Origin: a virus
Lineage: Duplodnaviria > Caudoviricetes
IMG/VR virus record: IMGVR_UViG_3300037320_000070
Span: 1 to 55,519 of that record
DNA length: 55,519 nucleotides
Direction: 5' to 3' (one strand)
The notes beneath the pieces were generated by a model. It was not told the DNA's origin. It ran no database searches and was given only the letters and a program-made list of their open reading frames with translations. A program made the translations under genes and the position numbers. The stretch's first letter is position 1. Every line of letters begins with the position of its first letter. Of the stretch, positions 26,421 to 36,617 are shown piece by piece.

Positions 26421-28051
26421 ACGTACCAACCACCTTTTGATTTAATGTAGATAAATTTGTAAGTTTCACCATGAGATAATGTAAACTCTTCGACTCTTAC
26501 AAATTCATCATAATCATAATCTTCAACTAGTTCCCAAGTTTCATCATCATAAGATTTAAATATACCATCGACTTCATGTTTAAACGTTGGGATATTTGCA
26601 TATTCGACATTATTCAATGTCAACCCAGAACCTTTAAGTGTAACAGTTCCTGAATATTCACACAATATAACCGATACGCTAAATTTAAAATTGTCTTTTG
26701 GTTCAGCGGGTAAATGTGCATTAATATCTTTTTCTGGAAAAATAACTTGACTTTCACCATCAGATACCCATACATCGGTCACTGTCAATACTTTTTCAAC
26801 CTCCGGTGCTAATTCGCATGTTTCATCAACAACTACGTAACATGCATAATCCAACGACTTAACAACATGAATAGTGGATTTCGGTTTCATTGTAAATCCA
26901 TTCAATTTGGTATTCACGTTATTCGCATCAAATTTTGAGATCCATACGCTACCAGATCCAACCGCCAGTAATGATTCACCGTCATTTGTTAATGAAAGAT
27001 TTTCTGCTACCATATCAGTTTTATAATCATTCCAAAATCCTAGCTTAGATGATACAGATAAACTACCTCTGGTTAATAATGCAAGCTTTGTTAAATCGTA
27101 ATTTGCGTCAAATGATTGAAAATAGCCAGTGTATTCCTTTACTAAGGACATTCCATTTTGATCTAGTAAATATATAGAACCCTTTGTCTGTTCATCAGAT
27201 ACAAATATAACCCCTCTTGAGGTTGCCACAGGACATTTTACAGTGCCTTTAACGGTTGCTACCTTACCACCGTATTGAATTTGTTTACCAACGTATATAC
27301 AAGGTTCTAGGTGCGTTGCTATGAGTTTGGTTGCTGGTATTAGTTTATTCATCTTTTTAAATGAATCACCGGAATTATTAGAATAGTGAATTTCGCGTTG
27401 ATTATTTAACGTCGCAATTGAATTACCAATGACATCAACTAATGAACATTCATTTAATAGAATATAATCGGGCTGATCGCGTTGTATATCGGTCTTATAT
27501 AATTTATTATTTTGAACATATACTAATATATTACCAGATGAATTAACGGCAAAATCCTGAATATTTTCTGTTAAAACAGGATTTAATGAAGATGCACCCA
27601 GACCATATAATACTTGATCCTGTCTGCTATACAGTAAATGCCCTTGTGCGCTATTAACCGTATAGGCATGATTAGGTATATCTAACTTATCCCAATTTTT
27701 TCCAACTATCTCACTATTATCTAAAAATGGATTGATAATGCCTAATCTGGATGTTAGGCTAACGTCTGATTTTGCGAGTGTATTGGTAATAATAAATTCA
27801 TCACCCTCAACTAAACTATGTGTTACTGATTCAGTATTAGTGCATAATACAATTCCGGCTACCAAAGTTGAATTTGAATTAACCGCCATAGTTTCTTTAC
27901 GTTTATCTACATTTGAAAATATACTATCAACATATTCTTTCATTTGTGAAAGAACAACTGCATCCGAATCTTCTTTTGCGTTTCCTACATTCTGGATTCG
28001 TTCATTATTTGAATCGAATCCCTTTCTACCCTTAAATGGTTTTGTTGTCAT
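26414..28051 (-). CDS. Tail-fibre-related protein with gp34-like N-terminus and probable beta-propeller
   Basis: PFKGRKGFDSNNERIQNVGNA resembles the T4 gp34 N-terminus; YSNNSGDSF Asp-box-like motif; GAGG RBS. Confidence 0.7.
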   Translation of the reverse strand: MTTKPFKGRKGFDSNNERIQNVGNAKEDSDAVVLSQMKEYVDSIFSNVDKRKETMAVNSNSTLVAGIVLCTNTESVTHSLVEGDEFIITNTLAKSDVSLTSRLGIINPFLDNSEIVGKNWDKLDIPNHAYTVNSAQGHLLYSRQDQVLYGLGASSLNPVLTENIQDFAVNSSGNILVYVQNNKLYKTDIQRDQPDYILLNECSLVDVIGNSIATLNNQREIHYSNNSGDSFKKMNKLIPATKLIATHLEPCIYVGKQIQYGGKVATVKGTVKCPVATSRGVIFVSDEQTKGSIYLLDQNGMSLVKEYTGYFQSFDANYDLTKLALLTRGSLSVSSKLGFWNDYKTDMVAENLSLTNDGESLLAVGSGSVWISKFDANNVNTKLNGFTMKPKSTIHVVKSLDYACYVVVDETCELAPEVEKVLTVTDVWVSDGESQVIFPEKDINAHLPAEPKDNFKFSVSVILCEYSGTVTLKGSGLTLNNVEYANIPTFKHEVDGIFKSYDDETWELVEDYDYDEFVRVEEFTLSHGETYKFIYIKSKGGWYVY

Positions 28052-28095
28052 AAGATTACCCTCTTAATTGCGGTGGCTTTTACACCACCATTTAT

Positions 28096-31000
28096 TTATA
28101 TTTTTGAATCGTTAACTTTTGGTATTATCATCCAACTTGCTGTTATTGCCTTACCTACATCAGCCGAATTAAATGATAGTTCCCCAGTTCCGCGACATAT
28201 GTATACAGTTCCCGCCGTTGGTAAACTTACACCATCGGACGGCAATATATTAGCCTTTACACCATCAAGTAATATTTCACCACTTGCACTAAAATATTCA
28301 TATGATAGCTTTGCGAAGTTGGGATCAAATGCCCCAGTATCCGTACCATCACCAACTTTAACAACGTGTCTAATATCGTCAAATGTTACCGTTGCGTTCC
28401 AAATATTTAAACTGTAATAATCAGTATTAGATTTTATAGTACCCTTCAACACACCAGAAATATTAGTTCCAAATGTATGTATTAATCCACCATTTCTGTT
28501 TAATATTAGCGTATCGCCTACCCTAGAAAATTGATATTCATCGTTGATTGGATCGAAGTCTGTAACGTCAACATCTACTTCCGAACCAATAGTTAATATT
28601 TTTATTCTAGCTCTATCTGGATAATCATTATCATACTGTATTAGCACCCCAAAATCTGCTTCATTAGATTCGGTAGTACTTATCGATGATTTTGTAATAA
28701 GCCCAAAGTAAGTTTTATATATATTTGATAAATTTGTCGGCATATTAAAGGGATAATAACTACAACTCATACCAAAATCAATTACAAAGTCACCATCTAA
28801 ATCAGCACCAATAACCATTCCATCTGAAGGTAATCCTACACTACTTTCATTATTAGTGTCCCCAGAATATGTACCAATATAGTCAATTTCAGCTACAAGT
28901 TTGCAATTCTCACCGTTGTCAATCTGCAAATGACTTTCAAACGCATATGGCATAGTAGTTACACCGATTGGGTTAGGTACGGTTGTTGGAAAAGTTCCAG
29001 TTCCCTTAGCCCCAGCGCCGAACATTACTGTCAATTCAGTAGAAAATTCAGTAGTATCGTCTTTAACAATACCATCATATACATAAGTATCAAATATATC
29101 ATCCGCTACAAATGCTGTAGAACTACCTACACTACCATCCAAATCAAAAAACTGAATAGATAACCCATCTATTGTTTCTTCTTTATCTGAATGTGTAGAC
29201 TTAGTACCCGCATGATCCCGCACCCAAGCTGAACCATTCCATCCATAATATGCCCAAGCATCATCAGCACCAGATATGTAAGCATCATTGTTACCTAATC
29301 CAAGTGGATCACCAACACTGTGATCAAATATATACATTCCACTGACCGTACCATATTCGCCATAAATAAAAGTGTTATCGTCAACTGGTCTATCAGATCT
29401 AATTATAGTTAATCCACCGCCTATTGATATAAAGTTACATGTCGTATATGAGGTTTCATCTTGGGTAAATATCTTAACATTATCTGGCGTTCCTGTTATG
29501 TAACTCTCAATATTATTTAAAGCCCTACCTTTTCTACCATTTTCGGTAAATAAATTTGGTGAACTATATCTAGCAGTTATATAATATAGATATTGTTCCA
29601 GTTCGGCATCGTATGTGAAACATGTTGGGCTACTACTATTCGTTAAAGAACTTCTATTAGTATTAGTGGTAGTTCCCCAAGTAGCCACATCATCTAGTAT
29701 AACCCAGCTATCTGTTCCGAGTATTGCATGAACCGCATTATTTCCATGCAATGGGTATAAAAAAAACCGCGCCCCTGAATTGTCCAATTGACTAGTTGAT
29801 TCATCTGAAGCCGAACTACTTCCACCTACAGACCACCAATGAGCTACAGGATATATTACAGTTGATACAGCCGATGAATACGTTCCATCATCAGTATATA
29901 CTTTGGTACTGGATAAAAAACACATGCGCTCGTCTTCGTGAACACTGTCAACGTGCATTCCAACTAATTTATTATATCCATCTGCATCATCAATACCAGT
30001 TAATACGAATTTTGGTGTAGTTGATGCGTTTAGTACTGTCCAATTCGAACCTTGATCCGTTGAATATGCTAATTCAGTGCTAAATAACGCCCACCATTTA
30101 GTTCCATGTAATCCAGTATGGCTAGGTGAGTTAGCATCGAATGCTTGACATTTCGCATTATCTACTAATCCAGTTGGTTGAATATGGGTAATTGTAGCCG
30201 AACTAGCGGCATCGCCAATATTACGCTCTATTTTCCATAATCCTGTATCACCACAAGCAACAACTATAGTACCATCCAAAAACCCCTCTACACATTTTAT
30301 TTCTGTAACTGGTAGCGATGGGGTTGTGCCAGCACTCCATTCCAAGTAATCATCTTCATCTATCGCATGAATACTTCTAACAAATACCGCATTTCTACCA
30401 GATGGTTTACTATTTACTGATATATATTCTGGAAGTGAATATTGACCTATATACCAACCAATATTAGTGAAATCACTTCTATCTGCTATAAGACCGGTAT
30501 CTTTCGGTTGTGTATTATCATTATTTTTAGTATAATCACTATCACTATCCGTAACAAAGTTCATTCTAGCTGTGGTCCTAGAAATCCATGAATTTTGATC
30601 TCTAAATCCGGTTATAAGCTTTTTTGATATTTTGTATGTACTAGTACCAATAGCCCCAGAGTCTACTATGTGAGTTCTAAATAATTCAGCAAATCCATTT
30701 TTAATTACGTAACTGGTATTACCACTTGATAAATCGTCAGACAATACGGCGCGCCCTAATCCATTCCCAATGAGATCGGTATCTAAGAATGGCGTTGGCA
30801 CTTTGGCAAACTGATCACTACCTAAAGCTTTATGAAACGTGCTATTTATAGTAGTATCCAGAGGTCTTCGAACTTTAGTACTATATAAATTAATCATATT
30901 CCCACGGTAAGTGTTGGTATTGGGCATTGAACCGACCATAGTAAGGTAGGTATTATTGTTATATGGTTGAGCCGTATTAAATAATCTACCAATATGATCG

Positions 31001-31785
31001 GAATTTGTGGCTGAAAAAATATGATTCGAATATCCCTCACTATAATTACGCTTATCGCCGTCTGGTAAAGTAACATCACCACTACTAAAATTAACGGCGG
31101 CATCACTATTGACCGTTATATCAAAACTTGAAAATAATATTGCATTCGGTTCTGAGTACGGATTAGCATAATCACTAGCCATAGCTTGTCTCTTGCTTAT
31201 AAAAGCACTAGCCGTTGGATCAGATATACTAGTGTATAAATCTGAAGAATCGTCATACCAATTATATCTATATTTTATGATTAATAATTCATTAGTTTCT
31301 TGAACACATGGTACATTTAGAGTTACCGAACTTATCGGGTTATTTCTACTGCGTAGGTAGAAGCATCCAATGGTATATATAGTTCTAGCCTGTGAAGTTG
31401 GTGGATTCCATCTTGCTTCAGTGGTTATAGTGTTAGGAGAACCTAATACAAACGTTGGTTCTTCTTTACCAGATGTTTGCCCACCCAAAATAGGCGAGTT
31501 AGTATCTTCACTGCTAGAAGTGTAATCTATTGCATTATTCTTCCATGATTTTGAATATACTTTTATACTACATATAAACAAACGCTGATTATTTGTAAAT
31601 GTCGGATAACCATCATCATTAGTGTTAGTAGCGGCACATACGCCAACAGATCCACCGTTAGCGCCCAACCTAGCGGCAATATTTACATTATTTTTCTCAA
31701 TTCTAGTTTCTATTAATTCTATAGGTATCCATTCACCATCAACTAGTTCTGCTTTGTACTTTTCTATTTCATAATAACCTTGCAT
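28096..31785 (-). CDS. Large putative tail/receptor-binding structural protein
   Basis: 1229 aa, S/T/D/N/G-rich, YSTDQGSNW Asp-box; late operon. Confidence 0.7.
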   Translation of the reverse strand: MQGYYEIEKYKAELVDGEWIPIELIETRIEKNNVNIAARLGANGGSVGVCAATNTNDDGYPTFTNNQRLFICSIKVYSKSWKNNAIDYTSSSEDTNSPILGGQTSGKEEPTFVLGSPNTITTEARWNPPTSQARTIYTIGCFYLRSRNNPISSVTLNVPCVQETNELLIIKYRYNWYDDSSDLYTSISDPTASAFISKRQAMASDYANPYSEPNAILFSSFDITVNSDAAVNFSSGDVTLPDGDKRNYSEGYSNHIFSATNSDHIGRLFNTAQPYNNNTYLTMVGSMPNTNTYRGNMINLYSTKVRRPLDTTINSTFHKALGSDQFAKVPTPFLDTDLIGNGLGRAVLSDDLSSGNTSYVIKNGFAELFRTHIVDSGAIGTSTYKISKKLITGFRDQNSWISRTTARMNFVTDSDSDYTKNNDNTQPKDTGLIADRSDFTNIGWYIGQYSLPEYISVNSKPSGRNAVFVRSIHAIDEDDYLEWSAGTTPSLPVTEIKCVEGFLDGTIVVACGDTGLWKIERNIGDAASSATITHIQPTGLVDNAKCQAFDANSPSHTGLHGTKWWALFSTELAYSTDQGSNWTVLNASTTPKFVLTGIDDADGYNKLVGMHVDSVHEDERMCFLSSTKVYTDDGTYSSAVSTVIYPVAHWWSVGGSSSASDESTSQLDNSGARFFLYPLHGNNAVHAILGTDSWVILDDVATWGTTTNTNRSSLTNSSSPTCFTYDAELEQYLYYITARYSSPNLFTENGRKGRALNNIESYITGTPDNVKIFTQDETSYTTCNFISIGGGLTIIRSDRPVDDNTFIYGEYGTVSGMYIFDHSVGDPLGLGNNDAYISGADDAWAYYGWNGSAWVRDHAGTKSTHSDKEETIDGLSIQFFDLDGSVGSSTAFVADDIFDTYVYDGIVKDDTTEFSTELTVMFGAGAKGTGTFPTTVPNPIGVTTMPYAFESHLQIDNGENCKLVAEIDYIGTYSGDTNNESSVGLPSDGMVIGADLDGDFVIDFGMSCSYYPFNMPTNLSNIYKTYFGLITKSSISTTESNEADFGVLIQYDNDYPDRARIKILTIGSEVDVDVTDFDPINDEYQFSRVGDTLILNRNGGLIHTFGTNISGVLKGTIKSNTDYYSLNIWNATVTFDDIRHVVKVGDGTDTGAFDPNFAKLSYEYFSASGEILLDGVKANILPSDGVSLPTAGTVYICRGTGELSFNSADVGKAITASWMIIPKVNDSKI

Positions 31786-31810
31786 AGATTACCCTCTATT
31801 GTTTACGTTG

Positions 31811-32965
31811 TTAATTTCCAATGGATATACCATTAACTCTTGTTATACTAACTGCGCCGTAATATCTATCAGTTGTCACCCCAGATACTAATGTACTAGA
31901 TGCATTTTGGACTACGACCCCACTTCGATTAATATCTAATTGCGTTACAATCGAACTTGACTGAAATCCAGTTACTACTATATCTTGTGCCAAAATATCA
32001 ACTTTATAATCAGAACCGACCTTATTAAATACATTGGCAACCGCATGTTGGTCTTTGTGTATTGTAAATATTTCACCAGTAATGCTATTTATATATGATA
32101 ATGCAACACTATACACATTGTCACTAACAGGTACAATATAAGACTGAATTTTACTATAGTATGTTTCTACCAAAATTTCATTCTCATAAATCTGTACAGA
32201 ATATAATCTAAAAATATCTTTATATGGTATTATTGACCAGTTTATTTGAGTTAATCCAATATCTTCAATTTTATACGGCGGCAAAGATGCACCTGTTTGG
32301 CTTACCGTACTAGGAATCTGACTAAATTTTCCGATATCAAATGATTCTCTAAGAATTGCAGATGATCTCGTATTACTTAGATATTTTGGATTGGCTGAAA
32401 GTGTATTAATTCCTGATACTAATGTACTAGATGCATTTTGGACTTTGACCCCACTTCGATTAATATTAATACTATCAACCGTTTTTCGCCCCATTGCAAT
32501 AACGCCTGTTATATTAGTTCCTACTGGGGTTCTAATAATAAGTACGTCTGAAAATATTTCCCCATCCGTACCCTTATCAATATATACCCTCATAATAAAG
32601 TCGAATGTTGAGTTAGAACTGTAGGATAATGTCGGATTTTTTAAAGTTGGGTCGTCTATAGTTACGGATGCACCTGTTCGCTGTTCCCAAAAAATATCAA
32701 CATCACCGCTATATGAAATTGGATCAAGAACATAATCAACATTCAATGTAACCCCATCACCACAAAGTGTTACCACATTATCACCCTTAACTGATACAGG
32801 GGCATATTCTGGGGGATATGCGGGACTGGATATTTCGTTTGGTTCAAAATAAACCCAAGGCGCTGACTTTCTACGCGAATAATCACTCAAAGAATATTTT
32901 TTTAATCGTAAAGGACCAGACTCTATTTGAATTATTGAATCATCGAATGTGGTTATAGTGGGCAT
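31811..32965 (-). CDS. Putative structural protein with PKD/Ig-like domain and an internal 18-aa repeat
   Basis: WEQRTGASVTIDDPTLKNPTLS PKD-like motif; INRSGV.VQNASSTLVSG occurs twice. Confidence 0.65.
   Translation of the reverse strand: MPTITTFDDSIIQIESGPLRLKKYSLSDYSRRKSAPWVYFEPNEISSPAYPPEYAPVSVKGDNVVTLCGDGVTLNVDYVLDPISYSGDVDIFWEQRTGASVTIDDPTLKNPTLSYSSNSTFDFIMRVYIDKGTDGEIFSDVLIIRTPVGTNITGVIAMGRKTVDSININRSGVKVQNASSTLVSGINTLSANPKYLSNTRSSAILRESFDIGKFSQIPSTVSQTGASLPPYKIEDIGLTQINWSIIPYKDIFRLYSVQIYENEILVETYYSKIQSYIVPVSDNVYSVALSYINSITGEIFTIHKDQHAVANVFNKVGSDYKVDILAQDIVVTGFQSSSIVTQLDINRSGVVVQNASSTLVSGVTTDRYYGAVSITRVNGISIGN
31881..32466 (-). repeat. 55-nt direct repeat (52/55 identical) at 31881-31935 and 32412-32466
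   Basis: Direct comparison of the two copies. Confidence 0.9.
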
Positions 32966-32973
32966 TTTATATC

Positions 32974-33339
32974 CTAAGCTGGTTCAGTTAATTCGATAAT
33001 ATGAAATACTGGTACTGTATACGACACCCCATTACTTATTGCGAATGGAATAGATACGTCCGAAGTATGAATATGAGTAGACCCCGCAAAGAAATTAGCA
33101 TGTTGAATATTTCCAGTACCTATACCCGCATTATCTAATATCTCCAATAGTGTAATTCGTCTACCAGATGTTGCACCCGCGCGTAGTTCGAAGTTTTCCG
33201 GTGCAAGTGATATACTAATCCGCACACTAGCTGAATTCGCTTCTTCTAAAACGGTTTCTGGCAATACAGTAAATATTACAAGATCACAATTATTAGCCAT
33301 ATATTGTAAGAAAAAATCTTGATTTGTTATTTTGGACAT
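32974..33339 (-). CDS. Putative structural protein
   Basis: First gene after the minus-strand late promoter; GAGGTG RBS. Confidence 0.65.
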   Translation of the reverse strand: MSKITNQDFFLQYMANNCDLVIFTVLPETVLEEANSASVRISISLAPENFELRAGATSGRRITLLEILDNAGIGTGNIQHANFFAGSTHIHTSDVSIPFAISNGVSYTVPVFHIIELTEPA

Positions 33340-33360
33340 TACTACACCTCATTTATATTC

Positions 33361-33368
33361 TATTTATA
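33361..33368 (-). promoter_or_regulatory. T4-type late promoter (minus strand)
   Basis: TATTTATA on the + strand reads TATAAATA on the - strand; same position as the T4 g34 late promoter, divergent from rnh. Confidence 0.85.
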
Positions 33369-33432
33369 CTTGATATTATTTTGATAATGTAGTAAGATTA
33401 CAAAAATCAGAAAATAATAGGATAAATAAATT

Positions 33433-34359
33433 ATGGGATTTAAACGCAAAAGTGAACGAACAGTTGAAGTATTTGACCCCTACGATATTCCAGATGGGAC
33501 GTTACTGGTGGATCTTTCGCAAATAGCAATGTCGATTGTTAGTGAAACTTTTAACCCAAGAGACTTAATTACGGAAGTTGATGTCGAAAGTGTTATATTC
33601 AATACCATTAGGACTAATATAAAGCGATTTAAGGATAACTACCCAGAAGTGGTAATCTGTATCGACTCTAAGCAGAAGTATTGGCGTTTAGACCATGGGT
33701 ACTACTATAAGGGTACTCGAAAACTTAACAGAACTAAAACCGGATTAGACTACGAAACCATTTTTAAAGGATTAGCTAATGTTATTGGCTATCTAAAAAC
33801 TAAATTTCCGTATAAGGTTATTGAGGTTGACAGAATCGAAGCCGATGATACTATTGGATACCTTGCTAGAGAGTTATGTCAAACACGAAAAGTTATGATT
33901 GTATCAGCCGATGGTGATTTTACTCAATTGCATAATAGAAACATTAAGCAATATAGTCCAATGTTAAAAAAACAAATAAGTCACAAATATGGTTCTGGTA
34001 GAAAAGACCTACTTGTTAAAATTATCAAGGGTGATAGAAAGGATTGCATTTCAAATATTAAATCTGTTTCTGATCACTTACTAGTTAATATCAATGGTGG
34101 CGCTAGACAAAAATCCATATCGGCTAAATTTCTGCAAGAGGTTATGGATGATCCTGAAACAGCTTGCACCAAAGAAGAGTATATTCGCTTTCAGGAAAAT
34201 GAAAAAATGTTAAATTTATCATTGACACCAGTTGAATATACTGATAAGATTCAAGAAGAATATCAGATTATGCCGATAGGTACTGAAGCCGATATTTTTA
34301 AATTATTTATGTCTAAAGGTTGGATGCATTTACTTGGTAAAGTAAAGGAATTCTGCTAA
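33433..34359 (+). CDS. rnh: RNase H / 5'-3' exonuclease (T4 Rnh)
   Basis: LVDLSQI, YWR..YYYKGTR, EADDTI, SADGDFTQL, KGDRKD. Confidence 0.95.
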   Translation: MGFKRKSERTVEVFDPYDIPDGTLLVDLSQIAMSIVSETFNPRDLITEVDVESVIFNTIRTNIKRFKDNYPEVVICIDSKQKYWRLDHGYYYKGTRKLNRTKTGLDYETIFKGLANVIGYLKTKFPYKVIEVDRIEADDTIGYLARELCQTRKVMIVSADGDFTQLHNRNIKQYSPMLKKQISHKYGSGRKDLLVKIIKGDRKDCISNIKSVSDHLLVNINGGARQKSISAKFLQEVMDDPETACTKEEYIRFQENEKMLNLSLTPVEYTDKIQEEYQIMPIGTEADIFKLFMSKGWMHLLGKVKEFC

Positions 34360-34383
34360 AGCGTAAATAGTAATAACCCAGTG

Positions 34384-34391
34384 TATAAATA
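34384..34391 (+). promoter_or_regulatory. T4-type late promoter
   Basis: Intergenic TATAAATA before dsbA. Confidence 0.6.
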
Positions 34392-34427
34392 CCCTACACT
34401 ATACATTAAAACCAATAGGAAAATATT

Positions 34428-34688
34428 ATGATATCTTCACTAAGCCCCGCACAATTAAACGAGTTAAAAGGCAATATCAAAGAATCAGCTGGTTCATTGA
34501 CTCGAATCGCCGCCGAGCGAGATCTTCAAAAAGACATTCGTGAAAGTGTTAAAGAAGAGTTTGAGGTTGAACCGAAGCGATACAATCAACTCGTTAAAGC
34601 TTATTACGCGCAAAATTTGTCTGAACTTTCTAGCTCTACCGATGAATTAGTCAATGACTATGAAAAATTATTCGGGAACACCGATTAA
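34428..34688 (+). CDS. dsbA: dsDNA-binding protein DsbA
   Basis: IKES...KDIRE.VKEE..V..K.YNQL...YY.Q; T4 synteny rnh-dsbA-33-59-32. Confidence 0.85.
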   Translation: MISSLSPAQLNELKGNIKESAGSLTRIAAERDLQKDIRESVKEEFEVEPKRYNQLVKAYYAQNLSELSSSTDELVNDYEKLFGNTD

Positions 34689-34927
34689 TGCGGGAAGACC
34701 TAACCAGAATGGGCGTATCTTGTGGTATAGATATGTTAAAGTTTAGGAACCCTGAACTTACATATCTGGAAGCATGTTTGCAGTATGCTGATCAAAATAA
34801 TATAGAGCATATGGATATACATGGCTATATTAACAGTACACTTTTCGAAAAAATCAAAGAAGAGAGTAACCGATTAAATTTATTAAAAGGGAAAAGCTCT
34901 ACTAGCAATCTATCTGAATGGTTGTAA
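34688..34927 (+). CDS. 33: Late transcription coactivator gp33
   Basis: LTYLEAC....NNIE...I...L.EKIKEE...LNLL; synteny. Confidence 0.85.
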   Translation: MREDLTRMGVSCGIDMLKFRNPELTYLEACLQYADQNNIEHMDIHGYINSTLFEKIKEESNRLNLLKGKSSTSNLSEWL

Positions 34928-34928
34928 T

Positions 34929-35612
34929 GTGATTAAAATTAAAAAAATCGATGCTGGTTCTAATGGTGGATTTATGTCGGGATTTACCCTATATAAAATG
35001 CATAACGCGATTATGAACCACTTTAACGGTAGATGTTCCATTGTAAAATATGGTGCAATTAACAATAGGGTGAAGTACGAAACTTATATTTCAAAAAGCT
35101 TTTACAAGATTTACGAAACTATAAGTACTAAATATAATTCTAAGGCTTTGCTGATAATTATATTACACGCTGTTCTTAATAAAAACAGTAAATCGATAGC
35201 CGATATTAACGGTCAGGTTCACAAAGACGCTCTTGAATTTGTTAGAAAATTCGTTATGATTGGGGATAGATTTAAAGAAGATATGGAAAGTATATTTGAA
35301 ATTGTTAATGTGAAAGGTTTACCATTCAAATCAATTTTTTCATCTAAGGATGGACATCCACCAATATTTAAAATGTTGTTAAGTGGTTCTATTGAGTTGG
35401 AGACGTTTATGATATTAGACGCATCCTTAAATCTCATAGAAATATTTGATAAAAATATGATTGGTGACTATACATGGGATGTAGAACGTGTAAGATTAGT
35501 GGCTTATAAAGAGTTGCTAATTTATGATAAGAATCTGATCAATGTTACCATTAATCAGATGTTAAAGAAAAACTGTAGCAAATCAACTGTAGCAAACTGT
35601 AGCAAACTGTAG
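34929..35612 (+). CDS. 59: Helicase loader gp59
   Basis: YKM..AI..HFNG....VKY, IFKMLL...I.LETF.ILD, L.AYK.LL; synteny. Confidence 0.85.
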   Translation: MIKIKKIDAGSNGGFMSGFTLYKMHNAIMNHFNGRCSIVKYGAINNRVKYETYISKSFYKIYETISTKYNSKALLIIILHAVLNKNSKSIADINGQVHKDALEFVRKFVMIGDRFKEDMESIFEIVNVKGLPFKSIFSSKDGHPPIFKMLLSGSIELETFMILDASLNLIEIFDKNMIGDYTWDVERVRLVAYKELLIYDKNLINVTINQMLKKNCSKSTVANCSKL

Positions 35613-35636
35613 CAAATCAACTGTAATCAACTGTAT
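35571..35636 (+). repeat. AACTGTA(GCAA) tandem repeats in the gene 32 leader (probable gp32 translational operator)
   Basis: Six AACTGTA cores directly before the gene 32 RBS. Confidence 0.8.
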
Positions 35637-35650
35637 AGGAAATAGATAAA

Positions 35651-36538
35651 ATGGGTTTTAAAAAACGTAGTGGTTCGGCATTATCTCTAGCTGATAAAGT
35701 TAGCAAATTAACCGAAAAGAAGGCTGTAGAAAAAGATGAAGCTGAGTGGAAGTTAACCGTTGACAAATCTGGTAATGGTAATGCTGTGATTCGATTCCTA
35801 CCCCACAAAGATGAAAAGAAGTTAGCATTCGTAACTATGATTAATCATGGATACAAGCAAAATGGTCGATGGTTTATTGAAAACTGTCCAACGTTGCATG
35901 GTAAAGATTGCCCGATATGTGAAGCCAATAGAGAATTATGGGCTACCGAAGTAGAGTCAAATAGAAAGATTGCGTCACTCCGCAAGCAAAAAACATCTTA
36001 CTGGGCTAATATCTTAGTGTTAAAAGATCCAGCTAACCCAGATTCTGAAAATAAAGTATTTAAATATCGTTTTGGTATTAAGATACTTGAAAAAATCCAA
36101 GCTCATGCCAAAGGTGATGAAGCATTAGGTGAGTCGGAAGTTGATATTGATTGTGTTTTTGAGGGTGCAAACTTTTCATTAAAGGCTCAAAAGAAAGACG
36201 ATTATCAAAACTATGACCTATCTAAATTTGGTAATAGTACCGCATTGTACAATGGTGATGAAACTAAGCTAGACGCATTGTTTGATTCTCTTCATGATAT
36301 CGATGATATTGCAGATGAAAAGCATTGTAAAACTTACGAAGTACTTGCTAAGGAATTTGCCGCATTTAATGGCGCTAAGGATTCTAAAAAAATTGCTAGT
36401 GCATCTGAATCATTACCATCGGAAGATGATGTTGGGGGTGAATCAGCCACTGAAGAAGAAGTTGATGATTTACTCAACGTAGGAAATGCTGATGCTGAAC
36501 TCGATGATCTTGACGAACTAATGGCTGGTCTTGAATAA
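35651..36538 (+). CDS. 32: Single-stranded DNA-binding protein gp32
   Basis: WKL..D..GNG.AVIRFLP, NHG..W.IENC..HG..CP.C, YWANILV.KDP, acidic C-terminus. Confidence 0.97.
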   Translation: MGFKKRSGSALSLADKVSKLTEKKAVEKDEAEWKLTVDKSGNGNAVIRFLPHKDEKKLAFVTMINHGYKQNGRWFIENCPTLHGKDCPICEANRELWATEVESNRKIASLRKQKTSYWANILVLKDPANPDSENKVFKYRFGIKILEKIQAHAKGDEALGESEVDIDCVFEGANFSLKAQKKDDYQNYDLSKFGNSTALYNGDETKLDALFDSLHDIDDIADEKHCKTYEVLAKEFAAFNGAKDSKKIASASESLPSEDDVGGESATEEEVDDLLNVGNADAELDDLDELMAGLE

Positions 36539-36570
36539 AAACATCTAGTAAGTAAAAGTAAATTAATATA

Positions 36571-36600
36571 AAGTGAGGGTAAATATGCCCTCACTTTTTT
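36571..36600 (+). terminator. Intrinsic terminator after gene 32
   Basis: AAGTGAGGGTA-AATA-TGCCCTCACTT followed by a T run. Confidence 0.8.
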
Positions 36601-36617
36601 ATCTCAAAAGGAAAAAC

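Noticed and set aside
35571-35636. Short repeats here and at 24709 and 41191 as a CRISPR array
   Set aside because: No unique spacers of regular length, too few or too short units, and no cas genes.
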